DNA of 64,000 nt from contig CM022679.1 of assembly GCA_012295275.1 (NCBI GenBank), positions 20,956,001 to 21,020,000 of the forward strand, written 5' to 3'. Position numbers and translations under genes: made by a program. Position 1 is the stretch's first letter. Each line of letters opens with the position of its first letter. The notes beneath the pieces were generated by a model. That model was not told the DNA's origin and made no database searches. It saw only the letters and a list, made by a program, of their open reading frames with translations. Positions 42,093-54,921 of this stretch are shown here, in pieces. This DNA comes from Chrysomallon squamiferum (taxonomy: Eukaryota > Animalia > Mollusca).

Positions 42093-45026
42093 CGTTAATA
42101 ATCCTAAAGTTTCAAATACTGATTATTATCATACAATAAATCGAGTACAAAACATATTAGAAAAGAAAACAGCTCTTAATATATGACAAGCAACTTTTGT
42201 ATTTTTAAATTTAAACAGAACAGATAAATCGTCACTTAACGGTGCCTCAGAATATGTTACAGATTATTTATTGCATTTAGCATAACGCACGCTACTGGCT
42301 CCATACAATATTCTACAAATAGATTAACAACAAAGAGTATTTTTAAATACACCTTACCAGATGTAGCACAGCACTTACCACGGCTTTTGGTGTTCCGTAC
42401 AGTAGTTTTAGTTACACTGAACATAGACCAAAGATCTGAAGGAAAAGAATGGATCTATTGCTGTTCGGTAAAGTTCAGCCTCGTGATTTTCGAAGTTACA
42501 TAATATAAAAATACAAAAGGGAATGCGTTGTAAATGTTTTCACAATATCATTTTTAAAATACGACAAAATTGCTTTGGAATGAACAAAATTTACGATATA
42601 GTTCATTAATCATATAATAATACTAAATTCACGATGGCCTGGCTTTACAAAAATCGACTTTCGACTCTAACAGTAATAATAATAGTAATATAGTAGTGAG
42701 AGCAGGGGATTTAGTGAAAACACTGAAATACGTTTCAAATTTTGGCTTCCCTCAACGCAATCATACTTTGCTGTGGAAGGTTCTAGAAACTCTATCTCTA
42801 TTCTGGATGGTGTTAACGGGTTTCTGATTCGGATTACCGGACAGTTTTCAGTGTCAGTGTTGTTGTTGTGGAGGATTGTGTGTTATTTCCTCCATTTGCC
42901 TCCTGTGAAGATTTCAATTACTTCGACTGAGACGCGTACTGAGAGACTCGTACTGTAGAATGTGACTGCGTTTAAACGTCTCCTCAACGCTTTGCGTAAC
43001 ATGCAGAAAAATTTCTCACTGCCGCTTCCAGCTCTCCACTCATGACGGTTGTCTACTATTTTTAGGGTCGTGTTCTGAAGCTGATATTTTAATCGTTTCT
43101 ATTAACGGCTGTTAGGCTGACACTGAGCACGGGCTGTTTAATTCACCAGGGATTGCGCAAAGAAACTAATTTACTAAGAACACGATCTGCCGTTCTCCAT
43201 TGTACACTGATCTGCAATTGAAACGAGCTACTACATGTTTACAATGGAACAAGAAAATTACCCCGACAATTTATCGTTCTTACGACAGCTTTATTGCAGA
43301 TATTTAATTGGTCAAGCTTGTGCAATTATGTGAGATATTTGAAATTTTCTGCATGCAACGAATTAAAGATTTATAGTTTTTAATTTAAGTGAAATCAATG
43401 GTGGAATAATGGTCGTTTAAAGACTGCAACAGAATTTGTTCACTATTGTTAATTTCCTTCAAAGTGCATACATAATCAAATACATAAAAACAGTTATGCC
43501 TGCATACATACACGTACGCACACACAAATACACATATACATATACATATACAGACCTATAAATGCATATGTACATAGAAACACATGCATATACATATAAA
43601 CATATGTACATATGCATACGTACATACATACATACGTTCGTACGTACACATAAACATACATATATATATACACCACACATACACATAACCGAGCTATGAC
43701 GGTTAATTTTCATTATTACTTATAAAACTGTTCATGTCTTCATATCACAAATCAGTTTCACAATTTGATAGCAAGTATCTAAAGGCCATAAACTGACAAG
43801 ATGTACTTTACTGACACTGGATATACTTTACTGATACTGGATATACTTTATTGATACTGGATATACTTGTTGTTTTCTCTTTCCGTCTTGAACTCTGCCT
43901 GCCATTTCTTAAAAGTTCAGTAATCAAAGCATCATGAATGGCTTCCCATAAAAAGCTCTATAGACCCATCTCTTAGAAACTGCAACAGAAGAAGTGTCAC
44001 AATGTGTGGCAATTGGAGTTGGTTATTTCAAGAAATACTTGATAATAGAATGATAGCCAAGACAATAACCATTTCATTCTGCGCATTTCATAACATTTGA
44101 TAAAATATTTCTTTTATCAGAAAGCGTAGCTGAGTTAAGAAGCGGACCAATAATTTCATCGAATTTGCTCAAAGTTTATTTCTTCATTCAGAGAAAATCC
44201 AGCTTAGCGTTTTGACAATCAGCAGCTGACCCATCACAAACAAATATATAATAAATTTATCTGCTCCCTCCTGACAACCGTGTTGTCGTTTTGGGAGACG
44301 TCCCTCCACAAACGGTTTACACATTCTATTGATTTTTACCAGCATAGAACAAACGTTGCCGATGTAGGACAGTTTGAAGCTGTGTGCTTACAACGTTTAC
44401 AAATATAATTTACCTACGTAATTTTATTGTTGTGTTTGCACGAAGCTGTCGATCGTGGTGTCCTAACCCACATTTTCACACTGCTTGTCCCCAGACTTGC
44501 CAGACTTGCTGCAAAGACTTTTGTAATTAGATTCCACATTGGAAATAGCCTAAATTAATATACCATTAATGTGCAGGAATTTCTCTGTGAGCCGGAACGA
44601 AATCCTGCAGTGATTAATGAACATGGACGTCTCGTTGGTACCAGTAATTAGTGTATTTTACATTTGATGAAGTGCTTAGTCCCAGAAGCAACGTAAATGA
44701 ATTTCATTAGCGAACTCTCACCACTTTATCGTCCATTCCTGTCACGATGTTCTTGCTCTGAAAGGACCGTGAATGAGATGACCCCTGACCCGCACATATG
44801 TCACAAATCGGATTACGTTGGAATAAATCCGTTTTGCCAATAACAGTCAGTGATTTAAAACATCAAGTTTACCCACAGCTTCTGTCAGCTGGCCAGAGTT
44901 TGATCGATTGTGTCATACAATAAAACACTGCTAGAAACCCGTGTTGAAAATGCTGTTTGGTCATCAAACCAGTTAGCGTGAAGGTTATTTTACACAGATT
45001 TAATCAGATGAAACTGTGGAATAAAG

Positions 45027-45145
<119 letters not shown>

Positions 45146-46505
45146 TTTTCCTCACTGACTCACTCTCTCTTTCTCTCCCACCTTCTTCTATTTTTCTCAT
45201 TCATTTCTCTATCTCTCACTTTTTTATCGTTCTGTTTCTCTCTGCCTATCAGTCTCAAAATATATTCATAATTATTTTCTACGTATATTCTTCATTTTCT
45301 CCAACTATTTTCTAAATTAAGACATTTTTGCTTTCCTTTTTCTTCTTTCTTTCATTATCTCCGCATCTCTCGGTTTTATTCTCTTGTCTGTCTGAGTTCT
45401 AAATATAAATAACAAGCTCTCCGTCTTTTTCCTTTCTTCACTCACTTAAACTCCTCTCCGCACACCTGACGAATTCAAGAATTTTCTTTTTATGATTTTG
45501 TTTTTGAAAACACAAGATGATAGTTAGTGAACACTTGGCGTTTTTATTCTTCTAATATAGAATGTTCTCTAAGTGTTCTGCACATAAACAGAGAGTAAAA
45601 TCAGACAGACTGACAGACTCATGGACGGACAGGTGAACGAGAACCAGATGAACGGACACACTATATGTTAGAGAGTCATTTATCGATACGTACACACGTA
45701 TACATACACATATATACACAGACACCTGTACGTACTCACAGATACAACACACATACATACATACCTTAGTACAAACATACATACATACATACATATATGC
45801 ATTCATACATACACCTATACTCATACATATTAATATATCCATACGTATATACATGCACATACAAACAGTTATACAGAAACACAAACACACACATACATAC
45901 ATACTCTTTTAAATCATAAAGGAAAAAAAGGAAAAAAGAAAAAGAATCAATATTACATTGGCATACACTACCAAACACCCCCCCAATTAAATTTTTTTTT
46001 TTACTTAAAAAAGAAAGAAAGAAGAAGACGAAGGATATAATTAACACTCTACTGAATTACTTTCATAATCAAGTGTCATATTTACAAACTAAACAGACAG
46101 TCTTTGTCTACCCGTTTTTTCTCTCTTCATAATCCCCGAAGCAACGTATATTTTTCAAACAATATGAAATTACTGGGCAATACAGAGCAGTCTGTTCAAA
46201 GATCTATCAATCATTAAATAATATAACACCTTTGTAATTTTCTTAGCAGCTACTTCATCAACTCTCATCCTATTTTTTTACGTAACAACTTTATAATATT
46301 CGAAACAAAATAACAGTCTATTTTCAGACGAGCAGTCGTGAAACATTATACAACTCCGCATAATGGTTTCTTTTTTTTCATATCGGAGTTTCGTGTGTGT
46401 ATGTATGTAAGTATGTGTGTGTGTCTATGTTTATACATATGTATTTGTGTGTATGTATGTATGTATATGTGTATGTATATATATATATACATATATATAT
46501 ATATC

Positions 46506-46561
<56 letters not shown>

Positions 46562-47444
46562 TACACACACACACACACATACATACATAGATATACACAT
46601 TCATACAAACACAGGCACTTACATACACCCATACATTCACACACACACAAACAAACGCAAACATATGTATATTATACATTATCTGTTATAAATAATAATG
46701 ATACTTTTACGGCACTGAAGACAGTGCTGGTAATCGATTATGGCATCGACACCTGTTGACTAACTACTGTGCGGAAGAAATTAAATTTGCGAAACTACAC
46801 AAGCTTAACCGTGGCGACGTGAAGAAAGTCGTCTTCGATCGTCGTCGGGGCTGGCGGTGCCACGTCGCCACGTGTGGGTTCTGCCAGATGGATGAACTCT
46901 TTGAAACTGAGAAGAAAGTCTTTCGGCAGTTATCTGTGTCATTCGCAAATCTGGGACAACCGTATTTTTTTCCTTTGTGTGTGCGTGTGATTTTCTAGGT
47001 TTTTTTTTGTTTGTTTTTTTTGCTTTGTTTCTTCTCGTAATACGGTTGGTTTACCTTAAGGTCAACAGACGAAGGTGGTATATAATCAAGAAGAACAGAA
47101 GTGGTGTTAATTAGGACAGTTAAACGTGTACAGACCGTAGATTTTTTTGTGTGTGTGTTTGGGAGGGTATGGCTATTTTTCACGAGGCGTCATTTTACAG
47201 AGTTTCGTTCGGATCGTAAAAGTTGAAAGCAGATGCCAATATAAATCCACAGGAGATATTTTAAATCTTCATTTTGTTATGGTATCTACCATTAGCGGAT
47301 AACAAAACAAGGAGGGACAAGGACTAGTGTAATGAACTCAGATTTTGTTTTGTTTGTTTTTTGTTTTTTCTAGCAGGACAAAATAAATCTAATATCGAGT
47401 GATCTCAGAGTGTATCGTTTGGAATACAAAAGTGAAAGGTTGCA

Positions 47445-47670
47445 ATGCACTGCACGTCTTACGCACTAACGTGTTTGTCCCTGGCCTTTGGGGCAATGTC
47501 TAGCGTGACTTTGGCACTGGCTGTGGCCACTGATGCCTGGATATTCATGTCAGAACCACTGACTCTTTCTAGAGAAATTCTGGACTTGTTTAACATGACG
47601 GAGCAATTGCATGTCATGGTCCACGTACGATCTGGATTTTGGAGAGTGTGTACTATTAATCTGGCTAACG
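47445..47670 (+). CDS. TARP/stargazin-like (voltage-dependent calcium channel gamma-5/7-like) paralogue B, coding exon 1
   Basis: MHCTSYALTCLSLAFGAMSSVTLALAVATDAWIFMSE...VRSGFWRVCTINLAN with TM1, TDxW and GFWxxC. Donor G|GTAAGT; 226 bp, phase 1. Upstream acceptor at ~47373-47376. Confidence 0.9.
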
Positions 47671-48091
47671 GTAAGTGTTTTTTTTTTCTTCTTTTTTTTT
47701 TTTTTCTTTTTCTTTTTTTCTTTTTCTTTTTTCTATTGGTGTTATTTGTTGTTGGCATTGATGTCGTGGTTGTTAGTGTTATTGGAAGTAATAATAGCAT
47801 CAGTAGCAGTAGTATAAGAATTGTAGAAGATGAAGAACTGTAGAAAAATAGTACTAGTAGAAATAGTAAAAATGATAGTAGAAATGGTAGTAGTAAAGAA
47901 GTAGTAAAAGTATTAGTATTAGTAGTGGAATAGGGGTTTTCAGTAAAAGTAGTATCAAAAGCAATAACAGTAGCATAAAAGTAGTAGTAATAATAATAAA
48001 GTACTTATTATTGTTGTTGTTGCTGTGATACTAATAGTTCCAGACAAGATAAAGTAGTAGTAATAGCAACAGAAGAAGACATAGTAGTAAA

Positions 48092-48126
<35 letters not shown>

Positions 48127-49235
48127 TTGTTCTAGTAACGTAATAATAGTCGCTGTTGGAGATATGATGATAGTTAAAGACTGTAGTAACTATTATTATT
48201 ATTATTATTATTGTTTTTGTTGTTGTTGTTGTTATTATTATTGTTTCCTTCTTTCTATTTCTTCTTCTTATACATACAGCTATGATACAGTTATTTTGTT
48301 ACTGATTTATATTTTACTTTAAAATGGGCTTTTCATCAAAAACGAAAACAGTTTAGGTCGTAACAAAATAACTTTCACAAATAAAACCTTAATTATACAC
48401 ATTTAGAAGAAAATGTAAAAACCATTTTAATGAAACATTTTCATACATATAATGACAAATCTCAGTTATTTTTATTAATTTGTTTTCAGTAAAATGCTTT
48501 CTTAATCTGTTTCCTTTCTTCTATAGGAAAACAGATCTAAAATGTTTCTGATATTTCCTCTTTTATTTTTTATTTTGTTATCAAAATGGTAATTTTTAAA
48601 TTTTCTTTATGAAAATTAATTTTGATTTGACATTTAACAAAAACTTTGATATTTGTTATAAAATAATCCACAGGTAACTTTTTATTATTTTCTTCTTAAA
48701 AAAAGTCTTTTCTGTTCTTCTTTGTATAAATTGCTACTGTTGAAACTTATCTAATTTCCTTGATGACAAGAGAAAATATTTTCTTGTATGAAATCTACTT
48801 TCTCGTGAAATTTAAAAATTCTTTATAAAATCACTTCTTGTGCAAACTTTTGTGATCATTTTTTTTGCTTTATTAAAATAATTCTTTACAATCTTTTTTT
48901 TTTTTTTTTTCTCTCTCTAAAAAGATAAACTGTTGGAATATTTTTCAAACATTTATATTTTACATTTCTACTAAATTATTTACTAAATTTTTGTTCTGTA
49001 TTAAAGTATCTTGAATAATTTATGTTATAGAATGAAGCATTTGTAGTAATAGTACTAGTAATAATAATAATAATAATAATAATATTAGTGGTAGACGTAA
49101 TAGTAAGAGCAGCAGAAATTGTAATAGTAGGAGGAGTAGCAGTAGAAGGATCACAAGTGGTAGTAGTTGTTTTATTTCTTGTTTTAATCATTCGTTGAAA
49201 TGTTTGTGTTATTTCATCTCTGTTTTGTGTTGTAG

Positions 49236-49325
49236 GAACAATTCCAGATCAGTGTATTCCAATCAGCTACAGCCAGAAAGGCTCGGGGCGTTTGGAAGGA
49301 GCACCGACCAGCATGTCAATAGTGG
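49236..49325 (+). CDS. TARP-like paralogue B, coding exon 2
   Basis: Acceptor ttttgtgttgtag|; GTIPDQCIPISYSQKGSGRLEGAPTSMSIV; 90 bp. Donor GTGG|GTTAGA at 49326 is the one that keeps frame with exon 3 and aligns with the paralogue A junction. Confidence 0.85.
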
Positions 49326-52289
49326 GTTAGAAATGTTTTATTTAACAACACAGTCAATAGTGGGTTAGAAATGTTTTATTTAACAACACAGTCAATAGTG
49401 GGTTAGAAATGTTTTATTTAACAACACAGTCAATAGTGGGTTAGAAATGTTTTATTTAACAACACAGTCAGTAGTGGGTGAGAAATGTTTTATTTAACAA
49501 CACAGTCAATAGTGGGTTAGAAATGTTTCATTCAACAACACAGTCAATAGTGGGTTAGAAATGTTTGATTTAACAACACAGTCAATAGTGAGTTAGAAAT
49601 GTTTTATTTAACAACACAGTCAATAGTGGGTTAGAAATGTTTTATTTAACGACACAGTCAATAGTGGGTTAGAAATGTTTTATTTAACAACACAGTCAAT
49701 AGTGGGTTAGAAATGTGTCATTCAACAACACAGTCAATAGTGGGTTAGAAATGTTTTATTTAACATCCAGCATGTCAATAGTGGGTTAGAAATGTTTTAT
49801 TTAACATCCAGCATGTCAATAGTGGGTTAGAAATGTTTTATTTAACAACACAGTCAGTAGTGGATTAGAAATGTTTTATTTAACACCCAGCATGTCAATA
49901 GTGGGTTAGAAATGTTTATTTAACAACACAGTCTATAGTGGGTTAGAAATGTTTTATTTAACAACACAGTCAATAGTGGGTTAGAAATGTTTTATTTAAC
50001 AACACAGTCAATAGTGGGTTAGAAATGTTTTATTTAACAACATAGTCAGTACGTTTTTAACATCCAGCATGTCAATAGTGGGTTAGAAATGTTTTATTTA
50101 ACAAGACAGTCAATAGTGGGTTAGAAATGTTTCATTCAACAACACAGTCAGTACGTTTTTAACATCCAGCATGTCAATAGTGGGTTAGAAATGTTTTATT
50201 CAACAACAAAGTCAGCACGTTTTTAACATCCAGCATGACACTAGTGGGTTAGAAATGTTTTATTTAACAAGACAGTCAATAGTGGGTTAGAAATGTTTCA
50301 TTCAACAACACAGTCAGTACGTTTTTAACATCCAGCATGTCAGTAGTGGGTTAGAAATGTTTTATTTAACAAGACAGTCAATAGTGGGTTAGAAATGTTT
50401 TATTTAACAACACAGTCAATAGTGGGTTAGAAATGTTTTATTTAACAACACAGTCAATAGTGGGTTAGAAATGTTTTAGTTAACAACACAGTCAGTAGTG
50501 GGTGAGAAATGTTTTATTTAACAACACAGTCAATAGTGGGTTAGAAATGTTTCATTCAACAACACAGTCAATAGTGGGTTAGAAATGTTTTAGTTAACGA
50601 CACAGTCAATAGTGGGTTAGAAATGTTTTAGTTAACAACACAGTCAATAGTGGGTGAGAAATGTTTTATTTAACAACACAGTCAGCACGTTTTTAACATC
50701 CAGCATGTCTAGTGGGTTAGAAATGTTTTATTTAACATCCAGCATGTCAGTAGTGGGTTAGAAATGTTTTATTTAACAACACAGTCAATAGTGGGTTAGA
50801 AATGTTTTATTTAACAACACAGTCAATAGTGGGTTAGAAATGTGTCATTCAACAACACAGTCAATAGTGGGTTAGAAATGTTTTATTTAACATCCAGCAT
50901 GTCAATAGTGGGTTAGAAATGTTTTATTTAACATCCAGCATGTCAATAGTGGGTTAGAAATGTTTTATTTAACAACACAGTCAGTAGTGGATTAGAAATG
51001 TTTTATTTAACAACACAGTCTATAGTGGGTTAGAAATGTTTTATTTAACACCCAGCATGTCAAAAGTGGATTAGAAATGTTTTATTTAACATCCAGCATG
51101 TCAATAGTGGGTTAGAAATGTTTATTTAACAACACAGTCTATAGTGGGTTAGAAATGTTTTATTTAACAACACAGTCAATAGTGGGTTAGAAATGTTTTA
51201 TTTAACACCCAGCATGTCAATAGTGGGTTAGAAATGTTTATTTAACAACACAGTCTATAGTGGGTTAGAAATGTTTTATTTAACAACACAGTCAATAGTG
51301 GGTTAGAAATGTTTTATTTAACAACACAGTCAATAGTGGGTTAGAAATGTTTTATTTAACAACACAGTCAATAGTGGGTTAGAAATGTTTTATTTAACAA
51401 CATAGTCAGTACGTTTTTAACATCCAGCATGTCAATAGTGGGTTAGAAATGTTTTATTCAACAACAAAGTCAGCACGTTTTTAACATCCAGCATGACACT
51501 AGTGGGTTAGAAATGTTTTATTTAACAAGACAGTCAATAGTGGGTTAGAAATGTTTTTCAACAACACAGTCAACATCCAGCATGTCAATAGTGGGTTAGA
51601 AATGTTTTATTTAACAAGACAGTCAATAGTGGGTTAGAAATGTTTTATTTAACAAGACAGTCAATAGTGGGTTAGAAATGTTTTATTTAACAACACAGTC
51701 AGTACGTTTTTAACATCCAGCATGTCACTAGTGGGTTAGAAATGTTTTATTTAACAACACAGTCTATAGTGGGTTAGAAATGTTTTATTTAACAACACAG
51801 TCAATAGTGGGTTAGAAATGTTTTATTTAACAACACAGTCAATAGTGGGTTAGAAATGTTTTATTTAACAACATAGTTTTTTTTAACATTGTCAATAGTG
51901 GGTTAGAAATGTTTTATTCAACAACAAAGTCAGCACGTTTTTAACATCCAGCATGACACTAGTGGGTTAGAAATGTTTTATTTAACAAGACAGTCAATAG
52001 TGGGTTAGAAATGTTTCATTCAACAACACAGTCAGTACGTTTTTAACATCCAGCATGTCAATAGTGGGTTAGAAATGTTTTATTTAACAAGACAGTCAAT
52101 AGTGGGTTAGAAATGTTTTATTTAACAAGACAGTCAATAGTGGGTTAGAAATGTTTTATTTAACAAGACAGTCAATAGTGGGTTAGAAATGTTTCATTCA
52201 ACAACACAGTCAGTACGTTTTTAACATCCAGCATGTCACTAGTGGGTTAGAAATGTTTTATTTAACAACACAGTCAGCACGTTTTTAAC
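49308..52289 (+). repeat. Complex minisatellite (~69 units of 38, 41 and 64 bp) spanning and reiterating the exon2/intron2 junction
   Basis: Core GTCAATAGTGG|GTTAGAAATGTTTTATTTAACAACACA (38 bp). Variants include ACATCCAGCATGTCAATAGTGG (longer exon-derived part) and GTCAG(T/C)ACGTTTTTAAC. Hand count ~69 cores. Confidence 0.97.
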
Positions 52290-52293
52290 TTTT

Positions 52294-52872
52294 CAGGGGG
52301 TTCATAAAGTCCGTGTGCAAATTCAAAATATTTATAACTTTGGAGTCATGGAGGATAGGATTAGCGTATTTAAAAATGTTCCAGAATCATCTTATTCCTG
52401 AACTTTACCGATTACAACTGACAGAGTGTACTGCCTTTCAACAAGATAGTGTATTTTGAAAGTTTTTAAATGAAAAATTCTCTATCAGGTGGATTGGAAA
52501 AGGTAGACCAATCTTTTAACTTACACAATTACAATACTTGGCTCTCGCAGTGTTTATTGGGTTTTGGGTTGTTGTTTTTAGTAGTAATACGTAAAGACCA
52601 TTGTTTATTCAGCTAAATCTCAGTCCTTTGGTGGATTTGCGATTTAAGATAATTAATATAACTGACAGCATACACTAGCTGCAAAATGTAATTTAAGAAC
52701 ATCACCCTTTATATCTATAATGATAGCGGTCATGTGGAAATTAACTATCTCAATAGTGAATTATAAATATAAAATAATTATTTATTTTATCCTTTTCACA
52801 GGTTAATTTATTATACATAGCTGTTGAGCTATAGATATTCAAAACTGAACACGGACTTTATGGACTATAGTG
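52294..52872. mobile_element. Tc1/mariner-like MITE
   Basis: Left end CAGGGGGTTCATAAAGTCCGTGTGCA; right end TGAACACGGACTTTATGGAC, whose reverse complement GTCCATAAAGTCCGTGTTCA shares a 14-bp perfect core with the left end. Outer bases and TA TSD are degraded. Confidence 0.65.
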
Positions 52873-54427
52873 TTATATGATCTACAAATGATTCTCAAGA
52901 ATCTGATTTAAAACTCGTTGTCTCGTCAGTAAAGTACTTTCGACCTGTTCATTAAAATAATATCTACGTTTCTGTACACACGTTGTGTTAACTGCATTTC
53001 TCTGGTGTATGACGTTTTCTTTTTATAACATCAAATTAACACCAGTTTCAGAAATAAAACTAAATTATCTTAAACATATACTCATTTCTATTTTTGATCT
53101 TCATTTTCCTTTTCCGTCTAAAAAAAGCACATTCAAAAAAGCACACACACAAAAAAAACAACACGAAAAAAACATTAACGTTTTAATAAGATTATGAACA
53201 GTTTGGTACGAAAATAACATCTATTCTGAGCTGATAGCTACATATTTAAAATCGAATTTTAAAAAAAGAAGTTGAATTTGATATATATTTTTTTTTTTTT
53301 TACGTATTTGATGTTAAAAATATGTTTTTGAGTTTTATGTTACACAATTCATCATTTAAAAAAAAAAATGAAGATTAATGATATCTTTATGATTTTTATC
53401 TTTTGTATTTTTTTAAAAGTATATTGGTTGTTGTTACAAAAAGGGAATACGTAGATATTTTATGTTATGTATTAAAATACAACAATATGTCTGTGTGTCT
53501 GTATGTATGTAATTAATTTCAGTTCTGGCTTCAGTCGTGGTATTCACGATACAAAATTACAAATATGAAATTACAGAACATTAATATCTTCTACTATAAT
53601 TACCTTTATTTCTGTTTTTTAAAAATAACAAAGGTATTAAAGTACTCAGTATCTTTACTGTAAGGGTTTTTTAATAGCTATTTAATGACAACATCGCGGC
53701 TGTTTTGAATACATACAGACTTTATGATGCGTTTTGACAAACATTGAAAATAAGACGATGCTTATAACAGTTAACCAATTTTTTTTTTCATTCAAAACCA
53801 AAAATGAACTATTTTATTGATATGTGGCTCGATATATTAATATTATAGAGCCAACAAACGTCTTTAGCAAGAATTTGCTATTTCGTTGATTTAGGGCTAG
53901 GTATGTTAATATTATATATGTATAAACGTCTTTAGTAAAATTGAAGTATTTCGTTCACTTATATCTATCATTTAGATAACATAATTTTATTTCTTTGTGT
54001 TCGCAGTCGACAGAAAATCCTGTCTTGTCAGTGTCTTCAATTCTTTCTATTTTTTTCAACATTTTCGTAGAATCGAGTTTCCCCCTGTCTGACATTGTTT
54101 TAGCACTGTTATCTTCATACTGCTGTTATTACAGATGAGTGTAACAGTAAATTTGTTCAGGTCGTTTAGGACAAAAACCCGAGTTCATGCTCTCAACCAA
54201 ACCGACATTATTGAGAAATGTTTTTAACGCATGCACGTTTGTTTCTTTTAAATGAGAGTGACTGTGATGACAGTTTTGCTTACTTCTTTATTATGAAATT
54301 CACTATGTGGACAGTGTTTGCTTTAATAAATCCGAAGTGGTTTATCGAGTATAACAACAACAAAAACGTCAAAATGTCAAAAATCTGGGTTACCGGATTC
54401 TTACATGATGGTCCTCATATGAATAGG

Positions 54428-54529
<102 letters not shown>

Positions 54530-54888
54530 GGTGTATATATATTTTTTTTTATCTGCGTATGCGTTGTTATTAATCATTTTAAAATTTCTAAGTTTCTTAA
54601 TTAAATTTTTATTCTTCATTTATCTTCTTGTATTTCTTTTCATTTCTTCTCCGTCTTTGATTTTTAAATCTTTTTGACCATTTCTTTGTGAAAATAAAGC
54701 TTTCAAAAAGAAATGAAGTCATTAAAAAGCAATCGTTCTGTTTGCTGTACAACCAGTTGGAACCGATAATACGGTTAGTGAAATTCCCCATACGCCGCAA
54801 GGAAAACAGTTTAGTCAAATACAGAATTGAATTCTAACAAATCCATTATACTAAAAAAAAAAAAAAAAAAAAACATTATGCTTTTTCT

Positions 54889-54921
<33 letters not shown>

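Noticed and set aside
49322-49327. Alternative donor ATA|GTGGGT for exon 2 of paralogue B
   Set aside because: Phase 0, so it would frameshift exon 3, and it does not align with the paralogue A junction. It may be used aberrantly but is not the productive site.
49322-52250. GGGTTAG in each unit as an interstitial telomeric repeat
   Set aside because: Only one partial telomere-like word per unit, never tandem TTAGGG. It is explained by Val-Gly codons plus the GT donor.
49308-52289. CRISPR-like appearance of the regularly spaced repeat
   Set aside because: No unique spacers (inter-core sequences are themselves repeated), eukaryotic intron context, and no cas genes.
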